Assembly (NCBI RefSeq): GCF_051650885.1
Contig: NZ_JBOFRG010000212.1
Coordinates: forward strand, 1-32,000
DNA length: 32,000 nucleotides
From: Clostridium sp.
GTDB taxonomy: Bacteria > Bacillota > Clostridia > Clostridiales > Clostridiaceae
Reading direction: 5' to 3'
The position numbers and the translations under genes are program-made. The notes under the pieces were generated by a model. That model did not search any database and was not told where the DNA came from. It was given only the letters and a program-made list of their open reading frames with translations. Below are positions 8,894 through 18,492 of this stretch, piece after piece (position 1 is the stretch's first letter; each line of letters starts with the position of its first letter).

Positions 8894-9937
8894 ATGAAGA
8901 TAAATGAGATTATAAAAGAAAAAAGACTTTTAAAAGGACTTACACAAGAAGAAGTTGCAAATTACTTAAGAGTATCTACACCAGCAGTTAACAAGTGGGA
9001 AAAAGGAGTTTCATACCCAGATATAACACTACTGCCACCACTTGCAAGACTTTTAGGGGTGGATTTAAATACATTATTATCATTTAAAGAAGACTTAACA
9101 GATGAAGAGATAGGACATTTTATGAATGAACTTGTAGTTATTATGAGTAAAGATGGATTTGAAGCAGGGTTTAATTTAGCTTTAGAAAAGATTTCTGAAT
9201 ACCCTACTTGTGGAAAGCTTGCATTAAGCACAGGAGCAAGCCTTCAAGGTGGATTATATTTATTCAATGTAGAGGATAAAGAAAAGTATGAAGAAAAAAT
9301 AGAAAAATTATATATAGAAGCAAAGGAAAGTAAAGATATAGAAGTTAGAAATTCAGCAATATCAATGCTTATAAATAAATATTTAGAAAAAGAAGAATGT
9401 GAAAAGGCAGAAAAGCTTATAGAAGAATTAATAAGCGTAACTTATGATAAAAAAGAACTACAAACAAGATTATATAAAAAGAACGGTGATAAAGAAAAAG
9501 CTTTAGAAACTATGGAGGAAAGGCTTTTGAAAAATGTAACAGATAATTTTATGATATTAAATGAAATGATGATTGAAGCATTAGGTGATAAAAGAATAGA
9601 AGATGCAGAAAACTATGCAATGCTTATAGAAGAAACTACAAAGAAATATGATTTATGGGAATACAATATTTATGCTGCATATTTTCAATTATATATAGCG
9701 AAAAAAGATGAAGAGAATAGCGTGAAAACATTAAGAAAGATGTTAGAAACTATACAAAAGCCATGGAATTATTCAAATTCAAAATTATATAAGCATATGA
9801 AAAAGAAAGAAAATGATGAGAGCTTTAGTGAAATATTCTTACCAAACTTTATAAGAATGTTAAAAGAAGATACGGAAAAAGAATTAGAGTTCTTAAAAGA
9901 AAATAATGAATTTCAAAAGTTAATTAATGAATTATAA
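8894..9937 (+). CDS. XRE-family HTH transcriptional regulator with a long helical/TPR-like C-terminal domain
   Basis: N-terminal LTQEEVANYLRVSTPAVNKWEKG is a classic Cro/C1-type HTH. The remaining ~280 aa are helix-rich, repeat-like and rich in E/K. SD GGGGAG upstream. Confidence 0.8.
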   Translation: MKINEIIKEKRLLKGLTQEEVANYLRVSTPAVNKWEKGVSYPDITLLPPLARLLGVDLNTLLSFKEDLTDEEIGHFMNELVVIMSKDGFEAGFNLALEKISEYPTCGKLALSTGASLQGGLYLFNVEDKEKYEEKIEKLYIEAKESKDIEVRNSAISMLINKYLEKEECEKAEKLIEELISVTYDKKELQTRLYKKNGDKEKALETMEERLLKNVTDNFMILNEMMIEALGDKRIEDAENYAMLIEETTKKYDLWEYNIYAAYFQLYIAKKDEENSVKTLRKMLETIQKPWNYSNSKLYKHMKKKENDESFSEIFLPNFIRMLKEDTEKELEFLKENNEFQKLINEL

Positions 9938-9941
9938 AAAT

Positions 9942-9963
9942 GAACCGTCCCTAGGGGCGGTTC
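9942..9963. terminator. Bidirectional terminator between the regulator and the MATE gene
   Basis: GAACCGTCCC (9942-9951)/GGGGCGGTTC (9954-9963), a GC-rich stem with one G-U pair, flanked by A and T runs. Confidence 0.7.
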
Positions 9964-9970
9964 AAAAATT

Positions 9971-11320
9971 TTAAGAGGCTATTTCAGTAGGTAGGACTTT
10001 AAAATCTTTTCTTATAAAAAGATACATTATTAAACCAACTAAAAATGCTAATAAATCTGTTGTGGGTATTGCTAGAATTACTCCAAGAAATCCTAAATAA
10101 TAATGATATATTATTAGAGCAGGAATTGTTAAAACTTGAATTAAAGTTATTACAGTTGTTGGAATTCCTTTTCCTGTAGCCTGGAAAATTCCAAGTAAAA
10201 GTCCAGAAAGTCCTGTGAAAAGTGATGCAAAAAGCATTACTGCAATTATAAATGTACAAAGTTTTATAACCTCAGGATCATTAGAAAATAGTTCTACTAT
10301 TGGCTTTTTAAATATAAATACTATTATAAAGAAGCTAATTGAAGTTAGTAAGATATATTTAAAGCTTCCACGAACAGCTTCTTTAAATCTTTTAAAGTTT
10401 TTAATTGAATAACTATGTGCAAATAATGGAATTAATCCAATGAAAATTCCCATAGTTATAAATTCAGGAACTTGTGATATACGAACTGCTATACCAATGC
10501 TTGCCTCAGCAGTAGGACCATATTCCATAGAGAAGTTATTTAGTAATAATACTGAAACTAACATAAATGATAGTTGAATAATTTCAGGAAAACCAATTTT
10601 AAAGATTTCTATTTTATCCTTAAAGCTAATTTTCTTTATCTTAAAAAATCCTTTTAATTTATCATCCTTATATTGAAGATAATATATGTAATATAAAGCA
10701 GAGATTAAATTAGAAAGAGACATAGCAATAGCTGCACCAACTAAATCTAAGTGAAATACTAATATAAGAAGTGGGTCTAAAATTAAGTTAACTAAAGCAC
10801 TTATTCCCATTCCATACATAGATTCACGTGTAGCACCTGTACTTCTAACAAGTTGCTCTAAAGTAAAGTTTAAAACAATCATAAAGCCTGTTATAAATAA
10901 AGCTATTGCATAAGATTTAGTAAATTCAAAAGTTGTTCCACTAGCACCAAGTAATCTTGTTAGAGGATTAATAAAAATAATAGAGATAATAGATACAATA
11001 ATGCTAAAAATAAAGCTTGAGTAAACTGCATAGGTTGCAATACTTTTTGCTTTGTCTACCTTATCTTTTGCAATTAATCTAGTTATATATGTAGAAGAAC
11101 CTACTCCAAACATATTTCCAATTGCCATTAGAATTAGGAATATAGGCATTCCAAGTGTTACAGCAGTAATCATGTCTACATTTTTTAAAAGTCCTATAAA
11201 AAATATGTTTATAACATTATAAACAGTTCCAATTGATAAACCAATAATCATAGGAATAGAAAGCTTTTTAATTGCTTTGTTCATTGGTGCATCTTTTAAG
11301 TAATATTCATTTGTTTCCAT
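9971..11320 (-). CDS. MATE-family multidrug efflux transporter
   Basis: 449 aa with 12 TM segments. The typical MATE N-terminus (NKAIKKLSIPMIIGLSIGTVYNVINIFFIG) is repeated in an internal half. Confidence 0.85.
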   Translation of the reverse strand: METNEYYLKDAPMNKAIKKLSIPMIIGLSIGTVYNVINIFFIGLLKNVDMITAVTLGMPIFLILMAIGNMFGVGSSTYITRLIAKDKVDKAKSIATYAVYSSFIFSIIVSIISIIFINPLTRLLGASGTTFEFTKSYAIALFITGFMIVLNFTLEQLVRSTGATRESMYGMGISALVNLILDPLLILVFHLDLVGAAIAMSLSNLISALYYIYYLQYKDDKLKGFFKIKKISFKDKIEIFKIGFPEIIQLSFMLVSVLLLNNFSMEYGPTAEASIGIAVRISQVPEFITMGIFIGLIPLFAHSYSIKNFKRFKEAVRGSFKYILLTSISFFIIVFIFKKPIVELFSNDPEVIKLCTFIIAVMLFASLFTGLSGLLLGIFQATGKGIPTTVITLIQVLTIPALIIYHYYLGFLGVILAIPTTDLLAFLVGLIMYLFIRKDFKVLPTEIAS

Positions 11321-11347
11321 AATAATTTTCTCCTTAGTTTAAATATC

Positions 11348-11371
11348 TAATAGTTAGAATTCTAACTATTA
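11348..11371. promoter_or_regulatory. Perfect 24-bp palindrome, candidate MarR operator upstream of the MATE gene
   Basis: TAATAGTTAGAATTCTAACTATTA. An identical copy lies at 11913-11936. It sits 28-51 nt upstream of the MATE start codon. Confidence 0.6.
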
Positions 11372-11418
11372 CTTTAAATAAAAATCATCTAATTAGAAAA
11401 TTCTTAGATGATTCTTAT

Positions 11419-11856
11419 TTAAAAATTAGTATATAGTTTAATAAGTAACTTATGTAAAGTTTGAAGTTCATCTTCTTCTAAAATATTATTAAAGCTTTTT
11501 TCTAAATCAGAAAAAATCCGTCTAGAATCAGAAATAATAGCTTCACCTTTTTCAGTAAGATAAATATTTTTTTGTCTTTCATTATCTTTTTGAATACAGC
11601 GAGTTATATAGCCTTTTTTTTCTAAGCCTTGGAGCATACTAGTTATAGTTGCATTTTTTTTATTGAAAAATTTAGCTATATCACTTTGTATTAACCCATC
11701 ATTTTGATACATTGAAATATATCCAAGAACTCTTCCTTGTGTTGAGCTAACACCTAGAGATTTAATTTCTTCATCAGCCTTTAGCTTTAATTTCATAGTT
11801 AAAGAGCGTAAAAGACCCATAGAATCCATATCTGCCACAGAAAATTCTCTATTCAT
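11419..11856 (-). CDS. MarR-family transcriptional regulator
   Basis: 145 aa with a winged-HTH core (QGRVLGYI...GLIQSDIAKFFNKKNATITSMLQGLEKKGYITR). It lies directly upstream of, and in the same orientation as, the efflux pump gene. Confidence 0.85.
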   Translation of the reverse strand: MNREFSVADMDSMGLLRSLTMKLKLKADEEIKSLGVSSTQGRVLGYISMYQNDGLIQSDIAKFFNKKNATITSMLQGLEKKGYITRCIQKDNERQKNIYLTEKGEAIISDSRRIFSDLEKSFNNILEEDELQTLHKLLIKLYTNF

Positions 11857-11912
11857 AATAAATCACTCCTTTATTTTTAAGAATATCATCTTAAAAATAA
11901 AAGTCAATATTC

Positions 11913-11936
11913 TAATAGTTAGAATTCTAACTATTA
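11913..11936. promoter_or_regulatory. Second copy of the 24-bp palindrome, candidate autoregulatory MarR operator
   Basis: Identical TAATAGTTAGAATTCTAACTATTA, 57-80 nt upstream of the marR start codon. Confidence 0.6.
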
Positions 11937-11998
11937 ACATAATATTAAAGATTTAGATGAAGATTTAACTTCACCTAAATCAAATTTCACCTATAGAA

Positions 11999-12853
11999 TT
12001 AAATGTTTTTTTCTAAGGTTATAGAAACTATATCAGGTCTATTAAAAAGTCTTAAAGGAAATCCACTATTTCCAAGACCACGACTTACAATAAGATTATT
12101 TTTCTCACCCTTATAAAGCCCTGCATAAAATTTAGGAAGTATGCCTTGACCTGGTGCAAAAAGACCTCCTATTTTAGGGAGGATAAATTGCCCACCATGA
12201 GCATGACCAGATAGCATTAGATCAAAATTATAGTTTGAATAATCTCCTTTTAAAGAAAACTTTTCAGGATAATGACTTAATAAAATTTTGTATCCATCAA
12301 GATTACCTAAGGAATTTAAAAGCTCCTCATAGCCTTCAAAATGATAAGTATCTAAAACTTTATTAAGTGGAGAAATATTAGATTTTACTAAATGCTCTGC
12401 AAGTCCTAAAATATTTATTTTTTGCTTTTTAATAATAAGTGTTTTAATTTCATTAGAAAGTGCATGAACTGAAACATTATTTAAAGATTCCATTATGTAG
12501 AAAAGTTTATCTGTTCTAGCTTCATTATTTCCTGGAATATAAAATACAGGACATAGTTTAGCTAAAGAGCCTACAAAGGAAATGATTTTATTTATATTTT
12601 TTAAGTTTGAATCAATAATATCACCAGTTAAAAATATGATATCAGGACTTAATTTAAAAATATGATTATAAAGATGTTTATTTCCTTTCCCAAATTCCTT
12701 ACTATGAAGGTCAGATAAATGGACTATATGTATATCTTCTTTAAGATTTGTTTTTAGATTTATTTTAGTTGTTTGCAGTTTATTATTTTGGTAATAACAA
12801 AAACTAGCTCCTGCAAGTACACCAAGTGGAATATATTTAATTAAATTTTTCAA
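11999..12853 (-). CDS. Membrane-anchored metallophosphoesterase (calcineurin-like, YkuE/YaeI type)
   Basis: Motifs HLSDLHS, TGDIID, GNNE and SGHAHGGQ. The start is reassigned to TTG 12853, preceded by GGAGGGG (12859-12865). The track ORF start at 12943 has no SD. Confidence 0.75.
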   Translation of the reverse strand: MKNLIKYIPLGVLAGASFCYYQNNKLQTTKINLKTNLKEDIHIVHLSDLHSKEFGKGNKHLYNHIFKLSPDIIFLTGDIIDSNLKNINKIISFVGSLAKLCPVFYIPGNNEARTDKLFYIMESLNNVSVHALSNEIKTLIIKKQKINILGLAEHLVKSNISPLNKVLDTYHFEGYEELLNSLGNLDGYKILLSHYPEKFSLKGDYSNYNFDLMLSGHAHGGQFILPKIGGLFAPGQGILPKFYAGLYKGEKNNLIVSRGLGNSGFPLRLFNRPDIVSITLEKNI

Positions 12854-13044
12854 AAAATCCCCTCCTTGAATTAAAATAATAATCTTAATTATAAGCATTT
12901 TTACTTTTTTAAACAATAAATCTTTTATTAAGAATTTAAACAATAGGATTTATTGAAAAGTATTCCTTAGATTTTGATAAAATTCTTTAAAAGTTAAGTG
13001 CATATATGTATAATAGACATTAGGAAAAAAATGGGGGATGAAAA

Positions 13045-13689
13045 ATGAGAGATTTAAAAAAAGTATTTTTTAGACTTATGTTAGGGTTCATTTTATGTGG
13101 AAGCTCTACTGTGTTTATGCTTAATTCTAATTTAGGATTATCACCATGGGATGTTTTGCATGAAGGAGTTTCTAAGATAAGTGGAATGACAATAGGAACA
13201 GCAAGTGTTATTATAGGAATTTTATTTTTACTGTTTGGTATAATGATTGGACAAAAGCTTGGTCTTGGAACAATTTTAAATATGATTATTGTAGGTCCGA
13301 TTATTGATTTTATTATTTATATAGAAATAATCCCAGTTTCAAATAATGTTTTTACAGGAATAATTATGATGATAATAGGAATGCTTACTATGGGGTATGG
13401 TTGTTATCTTTATATAGGATGTTCATTGGGGTGTGGTCCAAGAGATGGAGTAATGCTTGCATTAAGTGCTAAAACTAATATACAAATAAAGTACATTAGA
13501 GGAATTATTGAAATAACTGTTTTAGTGATTGGATATATTTTAGGTGGAACAGTAGGGCTTGGAACATTTATATCAGCAATAGGACTTGGATATTGCTTGC
13601 AAATAGTTTTTAAACTAAAGAAATTTAATGCAGAAGAAGTAGAGCATAAATCATTAAGAGAAAGCTTAGGGCAGTCAGTATCAAACTAG
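13045..13689 (+). CDS. YczE/DUF6198-like integral membrane protein
   Basis: 214 aa with 5-6 TM segments. The N-terminal LGLSPWDVLHEGVSK resembles the YczE-family signature. SD GGGGGA upstream. Confidence 0.55.
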   Translation: MRDLKKVFFRLMLGFILCGSSTVFMLNSNLGLSPWDVLHEGVSKISGMTIGTASVIIGILFLLFGIMIGQKLGLGTILNMIIVGPIIDFIIYIEIIPVSNNVFTGIIMMIIGMLTMGYGCYLYIGCSLGCGPRDGVMLALSAKTNIQIKYIRGIIEITVLVIGYILGGTVGLGTFISAIGLGYCLQIVFKLKKFNAEEVEHKSLRESLGQSVSN

Positions 13690-13732
13690 ATTAAAGACCT
13701 AGTTATCAAAACTTAAAAAATAGATTAAAAAT

Positions 13733-13767
13733 AAAGAGAGAGTTATCAAAATGATAGCTCTCTCTTT
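13733..13767 (+). terminator. Intrinsic terminator
   Basis: AAAGAGAGAGTTATC (13733-13747)/GATAGCTCTCTCTTT (13753-13767), a 15-bp stem with one G-U pair and a T-rich tail. Confidence 0.7.
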
Positions 13768-14623
13768 ATATATAAAATATCGGTTAAGTAAATTATGAGA
13801 TAATCATAACATATTCTTCCAAAATAATAAAGGTAGATTTAAATTAAATACAAAAATAATTATGTAAACGAAAACAATAGAAAAATTTAAAAAAAGATAA
13901 AAAAAACAAAGTATATTTATGCAATAAATAAATATTATTTATTCAAGGAAATAAATAATATAAAATATATGGAAAATTATGAAAATAAGTGATATTAAAG
14001 GTAAAGATTTCAAAAATAAATATATATAGTAATAAAATTACAAAATTAATTGGATTAAAAATGATAAAATTAACAGTAAAAGTTAAAAATGATAAAAACT
14101 TTGATTAAATGAAAAGGATTAGTTAAGAATATTAAAAAATTAAATATAAAAATTAGAAATTAGATATAGGTAAAAAAATATAGATGCCATAGGTAAAAGT
14201 TATTATAAACAATTTTTAGAATTTTCAGAAAAAAGAATAAATTATAAATATATACTATCAAAATATTAAAAAAATTATGTAAAAGGATTAAAAATGGCTA
14301 AAATCAAGCGTAAAATGAAGATGATTTATTCTAAATAAAGAAAAATGATGAAAAATGTCTAAAAAAGAGAAATTTGGAGCTTTAATCTTTCTTTTGTAAA
14401 GTTATATAATAGCTACAAGGGACACGAGGGAATAATTTTCCAAGAGTTCGTATTTAAATACAGATTTAGGCTAAGAAATAGAGAATATGAATAATGAAGG
14501 AATAAGTATTCATTAAACAAATTTTTTTACTATTCTATGTCGAATTTTGTAATTAAAGAAAAAGTTTTACATCTAATATGTAGAGCTTGAAAATTTAATA
14601 GTATCTAAGGAGGTGAAAAAAGC

Positions 14624-15304
14624 ATGAATGTATTTGGACCTTTGTTTACATGGAATATTTTTGGAATGGAAATTCCATCATGGATAGTAATCCAATGGGG
14701 AGTTATGATTGTTCTGATTATAGCAGGTATTCTTTTAGCTAGAAAATTAAGCGTGGACAAGCCAAGCAGATTACAGGTTGGAGTTGAACAGGTGTATAGC
14801 TTTATCGCTAATTTAGTAGGTGAAAATATGGGGAGCGAATACTCAGGCTACGTTCCTTTTGTTGGAACACTTGCAGTGTATTTATTAATTTTGGATCTTT
14901 GCGGACTTATAGGTTTTGGCCCACCAACAAGAAACTTAAGCGTAGTTATTGGATTTACTGTAATAACAGTATTTTTAGTTCATTACAATGCAATAAGAAA
15001 AAAAGGACTTGGTGGATATTTCAAAGGATATGCGAAGCCATATGCAATGATGCTTCCAATTAACATAATTGAAAAAGTGTCATTTCCATTATCATTAGCA
15101 CTACGTTTATTTGGTAATATGTTAACTGCTGCAATAGTTATGGGACTTATCTATAGTGGACTACGTCACATAAATGTATTTGCACAAGCAATAATACCAA
15201 TAATCCCACATTCATATTTTGATTTATTTGATGGGGTTGTTCAAACAATAATCTTTGTAATGCTTACTGTAATTACTATTAAATTAGATGCAACAGAAGA
15301 GTAA
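14624..15304 (+). CDS. atpB: F0F1 ATP synthase subunit a
   Basis: 226 aa with the conserved stator arginine context LSLALRLFGNM. It is the first gene of the atp operon. SD AAGGAGGTG upstream. Confidence 0.9.
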   Translation: MNVFGPLFTWNIFGMEIPSWIVIQWGVMIVLIIAGILLARKLSVDKPSRLQVGVEQVYSFIANLVGENMGSEYSGYVPFVGTLAVYLLILDLCGLIGFGPPTRNLSVVIGFTVITVFLVHYNAIRKKGLGGYFKGYAKPYAMMLPINIIEKVSFPLSLALRLFGNMLTAAIVMGLIYSGLRHINVFAQAIIPIIPHSYFDLFDGVVQTIIFVMLTVITIKLDATEE

Positions 15305-15311
15305 AATTTAG

Positions 15312-15557
<246 letters not shown>

Positions 15558-15589
15558 AAAGATTACTTTATAGTAAGGAGGAAAGAAAA

Positions 15590-15808
15590 ATGGGAATAGG
15601 ATTAATCGGTGTAGGATTAGCGGCAGTTACTGCAATAGGAGCAGGTATTGGTATTGGTATAGCAGCTAAAGGAGCTGTTGAAGGTATAGCTAGAAAACCA
15701 GAAATGTATGGGAAGATTCAAAGTTTATTCATATTAGGTGCAGGTCTTGCAGAGGCAACAGCAATTTATGGTCTTATCGTAGCGATATTACTATACTTTG
15801 TAAGATAA
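15590..15808 (+). CDS. atpE: F0F1 ATP synthase subunit c (canonical)
   Basis: 72 aa with GAGIGIGI, loop RKP and GAGLAEATAIYG, where Glu is encoded by GAG at 15752-15754. SD AAGGAGG upstream. Confidence 0.9.
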   Translation: MGIGLIGVGLAAVTAIGAGIGIGIAAKGAVEGIARKPEMYGKIQSLFILGAGLAEATAIYGLIVAILLYFVR

Positions 15809-15852
15809 AAAATAAAAGTATATATCCTTTTTGGAAGGAGGTTAGTTAATAT

Positions 15853-16329
15853 ATGAGTATTAATTTAGGTCAAGTTATTTTTACAATAATAAACTTTATA
15901 ATCTTACTATTAGTATTAAAACATTTCTTCTGGGCAAAATTCAAAGTAATTATAGATGAAAGAAGAAATATGATATTAGCAGATATAGATTCTGCAAAGG
16001 CTAACTTAAAGGAAGCTGAAGAATTAAAAATAGAAAATGCTAATATTTTAAAAACTGCTGATGATGAAGGTAAGAAAATTACTGAAGAAAGAAAGAAACA
16101 AGCAGAAAAGATTTATAACGAAATTATTCAAGGTGCAAGAGATGAGTCAGAAACACTTAAAAATAGAGCTTCTCTAGAAATAGTTAGAGAAAAAGAAAAA
16201 GCACAGTTTGAGCTTAAAGAACAAGTTGTTAATTTAGCTATAGCTGTTTCTAAAAAAGCTTTAAATGAGTCATTAAATGAAGAAGAGCACAGAAAACTTA
16301 TAGATAGCTTTATTGATGAGGTGGTATAG
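15853..16329 (+). CDS. atpF: F0F1 ATP synthase subunit b
   Basis: 158 aa with a single N-terminal TM helix followed by a long charged helix. Conserved operon position. SD GGAAGGAGG upstream. Confidence 0.85.
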   Translation: MSINLGQVIFTIINFIILLLVLKHFFWAKFKVIIDERRNMILADIDSAKANLKEAEELKIENANILKTADDEGKKITEERKKQAEKIYNEIIQGARDESETLKNRASLEIVREKEKAQFELKEQVVNLAIAVSKKALNESLNEEEHRKLIDSFIDEVV

Positions 16330-16866
16330 ATGTTTGAATTTTTAGATAAAAGATATGCACTTGCCATTTATAAAATCGCAGAAGAGAAAGATAAAGTAAA
16401 TGAGTTTATAGAAGTTTTAAATGAGATATCAAGTCTTATTAATGAGGATGAAGATTTAAAAGAAATCGCATATCATCCCCAAATAAGTACATCAGAAAAG
16501 AAAGTTATATTTAGAAAGATATTTAAAGGAAAAATTGATGATGATATATTATCTTTTTTAGAACTTCTTATAGAAAAAGGAAGACTAGTAAATTTAGGTG
16601 GAATTTTAGAACAACTTAAAAAAATTCGTTTAAATAAAATGAATACTGTAGAAGGTGTTGTAAAAAGCGCTATTCCATTAACAGATGAAGAGTACAGTAA
16701 ATTACTTAACAAATTAGAAGAGAAATATAAAAAGCATATTTTATTAGAAAGAAAAATAGATAAAGAGCTTATTGGAGGACTTTTCGTACAAGTTGAAAAT
16801 GAGGTAATAGACGGATCTATTAAAGCAAAATATGAAGATATGAAGCTTCTAATGATGAAAAAGTAA
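16330..16866 (+). CDS. atpH: F0F1 ATP synthase subunit delta (OSCP)
   Basis: 178 aa with the N-terminus [12 protein letters not shown] typical of delta subunits. The ATG abuts the atpF stop. Confidence 0.85.
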   Translation: MFEFLDKRYALAIYKIAEEKDKVNEFIEVLNEISSLINEDEDLKEIAYHPQISTSEKKVIFRKIFKGKIDDDILSFLELLIEKGRLVNLGGILEQLKKIRLNKMNTVEGVVKSAIPLTDEEYSKLLNKLEEKYKKHILLERKIDKELIGGLFVQVENEVIDGSIKAKYEDMKLLMMKK

Positions 16867-16915
16867 AATAGAAAATAAACAAACAGTGGAAAATAATAAA
16901 AGAGGTGGTGAGTCC

Positions 16916-18424
16916 ATGCATATTAAACCAGAAGAAATAACTTCTATTATAAAAGAAGAAGTTAGTAAATATAAGAAGAACTTAGAAACTGTTGATTCAG
17001 GAACTATAGTCCAAATTGGTGATGGTGTTTGTACAGTTTATGGATTAGATAATTGTGTTGAGGGAGAACTTTTAAAATTCCCAAACAACGTATTTGGTAT
17101 GGCACTTAACTTAGAACTTGATAGTGTTGGATGTGTTTTACTTGGATCAGAGGACGGAATTAAAGAGGGAGACATCGTTGAAAGAACAGGAAGAGTTGTT
17201 GAAGTTCCTGTAGGAGATGCATTAATAGGAAGAGTTGTTAATGCTTTAGGGCAACCTATAGATGGAAAAGGACCTATAAGCAATGATGGATTTAGAGCAG
17301 TAGAAATGCCAGCACCAACTATTATTGACAGAAGTTCAGTTAACGAACCATTACAAACAGGGATTAAAGCAATTGACTCAATGATTCCAATTGGTAAAGG
17401 TCAAAGGGAGTTAATTATAGGAGATAGACAAACAGGAAAAACTGCAATAGCAGTAGATACTATCTTAAATCAAAAAGGAAAAGATGTTATTTGTGTATAT
17501 GTTGCAATAGGACAAAAACAATCGACAGTTGCAAATATAGTGAACACATTAACAGAAGAAGGGGCTATGGATTACAGTATAGTTGTATCAGCTACAGCAG
17601 CTGATAGTGCTCCACTTCAATACATTGCACCTTATGCAGGATGTTCAATGGCTGAATATTTCATGTATAAAGGAAAAGATGTCCTTATAATTTATGATGA
17701 TTTATCTAAGCATGCTGTTGCATACAGAACAATGGCACTTTTACTTAGAAGAGCACCAGGAAGAGAAGCTTATCCAGGGGATGTATTTTATATTCACTCA
17801 AGACTTCTTGAAAGAGCAGCTAAATTATCAGTAGAGCTTGGACAAGGTTCAATAACTGCCCTTCCTATAATTGAAACATTAGCAGGAGATGTTACAGCAT
17901 ATATTCCTACTAACGTAATTTCAATTACAGATGGACAAATATTCCTTGAATCAGAATTATTTAACGCAGGACAAAGACCAGCTGTTAATGCTGGTATATC
18001 AGTATCAAGGGTTGGTGGTAGTGCCCAAATTAAAGCTATGAAACAAGTAACAGGTACATTAAGACTTGAACTTGCACAGTTTAGAGAACTTGAATCTTTC
18101 TCACAATTTGGTTCTGACCTTGACCGTGATACACAAAGAAGACTTGAAAAAGGTAAAAGACTTATTGAAATCTTAAAGCAAGACCAATATAAACCTATGG
18201 CAGTTGAGCATCAAGTTTGTATATTCTATTCAGCAGTTAATGATCATTTATCAGATGTACCATTAAATGATGTTAAGAGATTCCAAAAAGAGTTCTTAGA
18301 TTATTTAGATGAAAAAGAGTATAACTTAATCACTTCAATAAGAGAAGAAAAGAAATTTACAGATAAAATAAAAGGTGAACTTGAAGTAGCTATAAAGGAA
18401 TTTAAAAAGACTTTTCATAGCTAA
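16916..18424 (+). CDS. atpA: F0F1 ATP synthase subunit alpha
   Basis: P-loop GDRQTGKTA, plus [11 protein letters not shown] and other highly conserved alpha segments. The start is moved to ATG 16916 ([13 protein letters not shown]), preceded by AGAGGTGGTGAG. Confidence 0.93.
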   Translation: MHIKPEEITSIIKEEVSKYKKNLETVDSGTIVQIGDGVCTVYGLDNCVEGELLKFPNNVFGMALNLELDSVGCVLLGSEDGIKEGDIVERTGRVVEVPVGDALIGRVVNALGQPIDGKGPISNDGFRAVEMPAPTIIDRSSVNEPLQTGIKAIDSMIPIGKGQRELIIGDRQTGKTAIAVDTILNQKGKDVICVYVAIGQKQSTVANIVNTLTEEGAMDYSIVVSATAADSAPLQYIAPYAGCSMAEYFMYKGKDVLIIYDDLSKHAVAYRTMALLLRRAPGREAYPGDVFYIHSRLLERAAKLSVELGQGSITALPIIETLAGDVTAYIPTNVISITDGQIFLESELFNAGQRPAVNAGISVSRVGGSAQIKAMKQVTGTLRLELAQFRELESFSQFGSDLDRDTQRRLEKGKRLIEILKQDQYKPMAVEHQVCIFYSAVNDHLSDVPLNDVKRFQKEFLDYLDEKEYNLITSIREEKKFTDKIKGELEVAIKEFKKTFHS

Positions 18425-18430
18425 GAATAA

Positions 18431-18476
18431 GGAATTTAGAATTAAGCTTTAATTCTAAATTCTTAATTCTAAATTA
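18431..18476. repeat. AT-rich inverted plus direct repeat in the atpA-atpG spacer
   Basis: GAATTTAGAATTAA (18432-18445)/TTAATTCTAAATTC (18449-18462) form a perfect 14-bp inverted repeat. TTAATTCTAAATT is then repeated directly at 18463-18475. Confidence 0.6.
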
Positions 18477-18492
18477 AAAAGGAGGTGACTTT

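Noticed and set aside
12854-12943. 30-codon N-terminal extension of the metallophosphoesterase ORF
   Set aside because: There is no SD at 12943, whereas GGAGGGG precedes the TTG at 12853 and the TM anchor starts right after it.
14061-14338. Mini-ORFs MIKLTVKVKNDKNFD (14061-14108) and MAKIKRKMKMIYSK (14294-14338), both behind GGATTAAAAATG
   Set aside because: They have weak SDs and Lys-rich composition, as expected from translating A-rich DNA. There is no supporting structure. They are mentioned only within the spacer finding.
13768-14400. Possibility that the A-rich spacer is a CRISPR leader or array, or a mobile-element scar
   Set aside because: There are no regularly spaced direct repeats of CRISPR length. 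No cas, integrase or transposase genes are nearby, and there are no terminal inverted repeats. Only short A-rich words recur.
15590-15808. Calling the ATP synthase Na+-dependent from the c-subunit sequence
   Set aside because: The canonical copy has Ile, not Gln, at the helix-1 position and reads E-A-T rather than E-S/T-T at the binding site, so the Na+ signature is incomplete. Ion specificity cannot be settled by eye.
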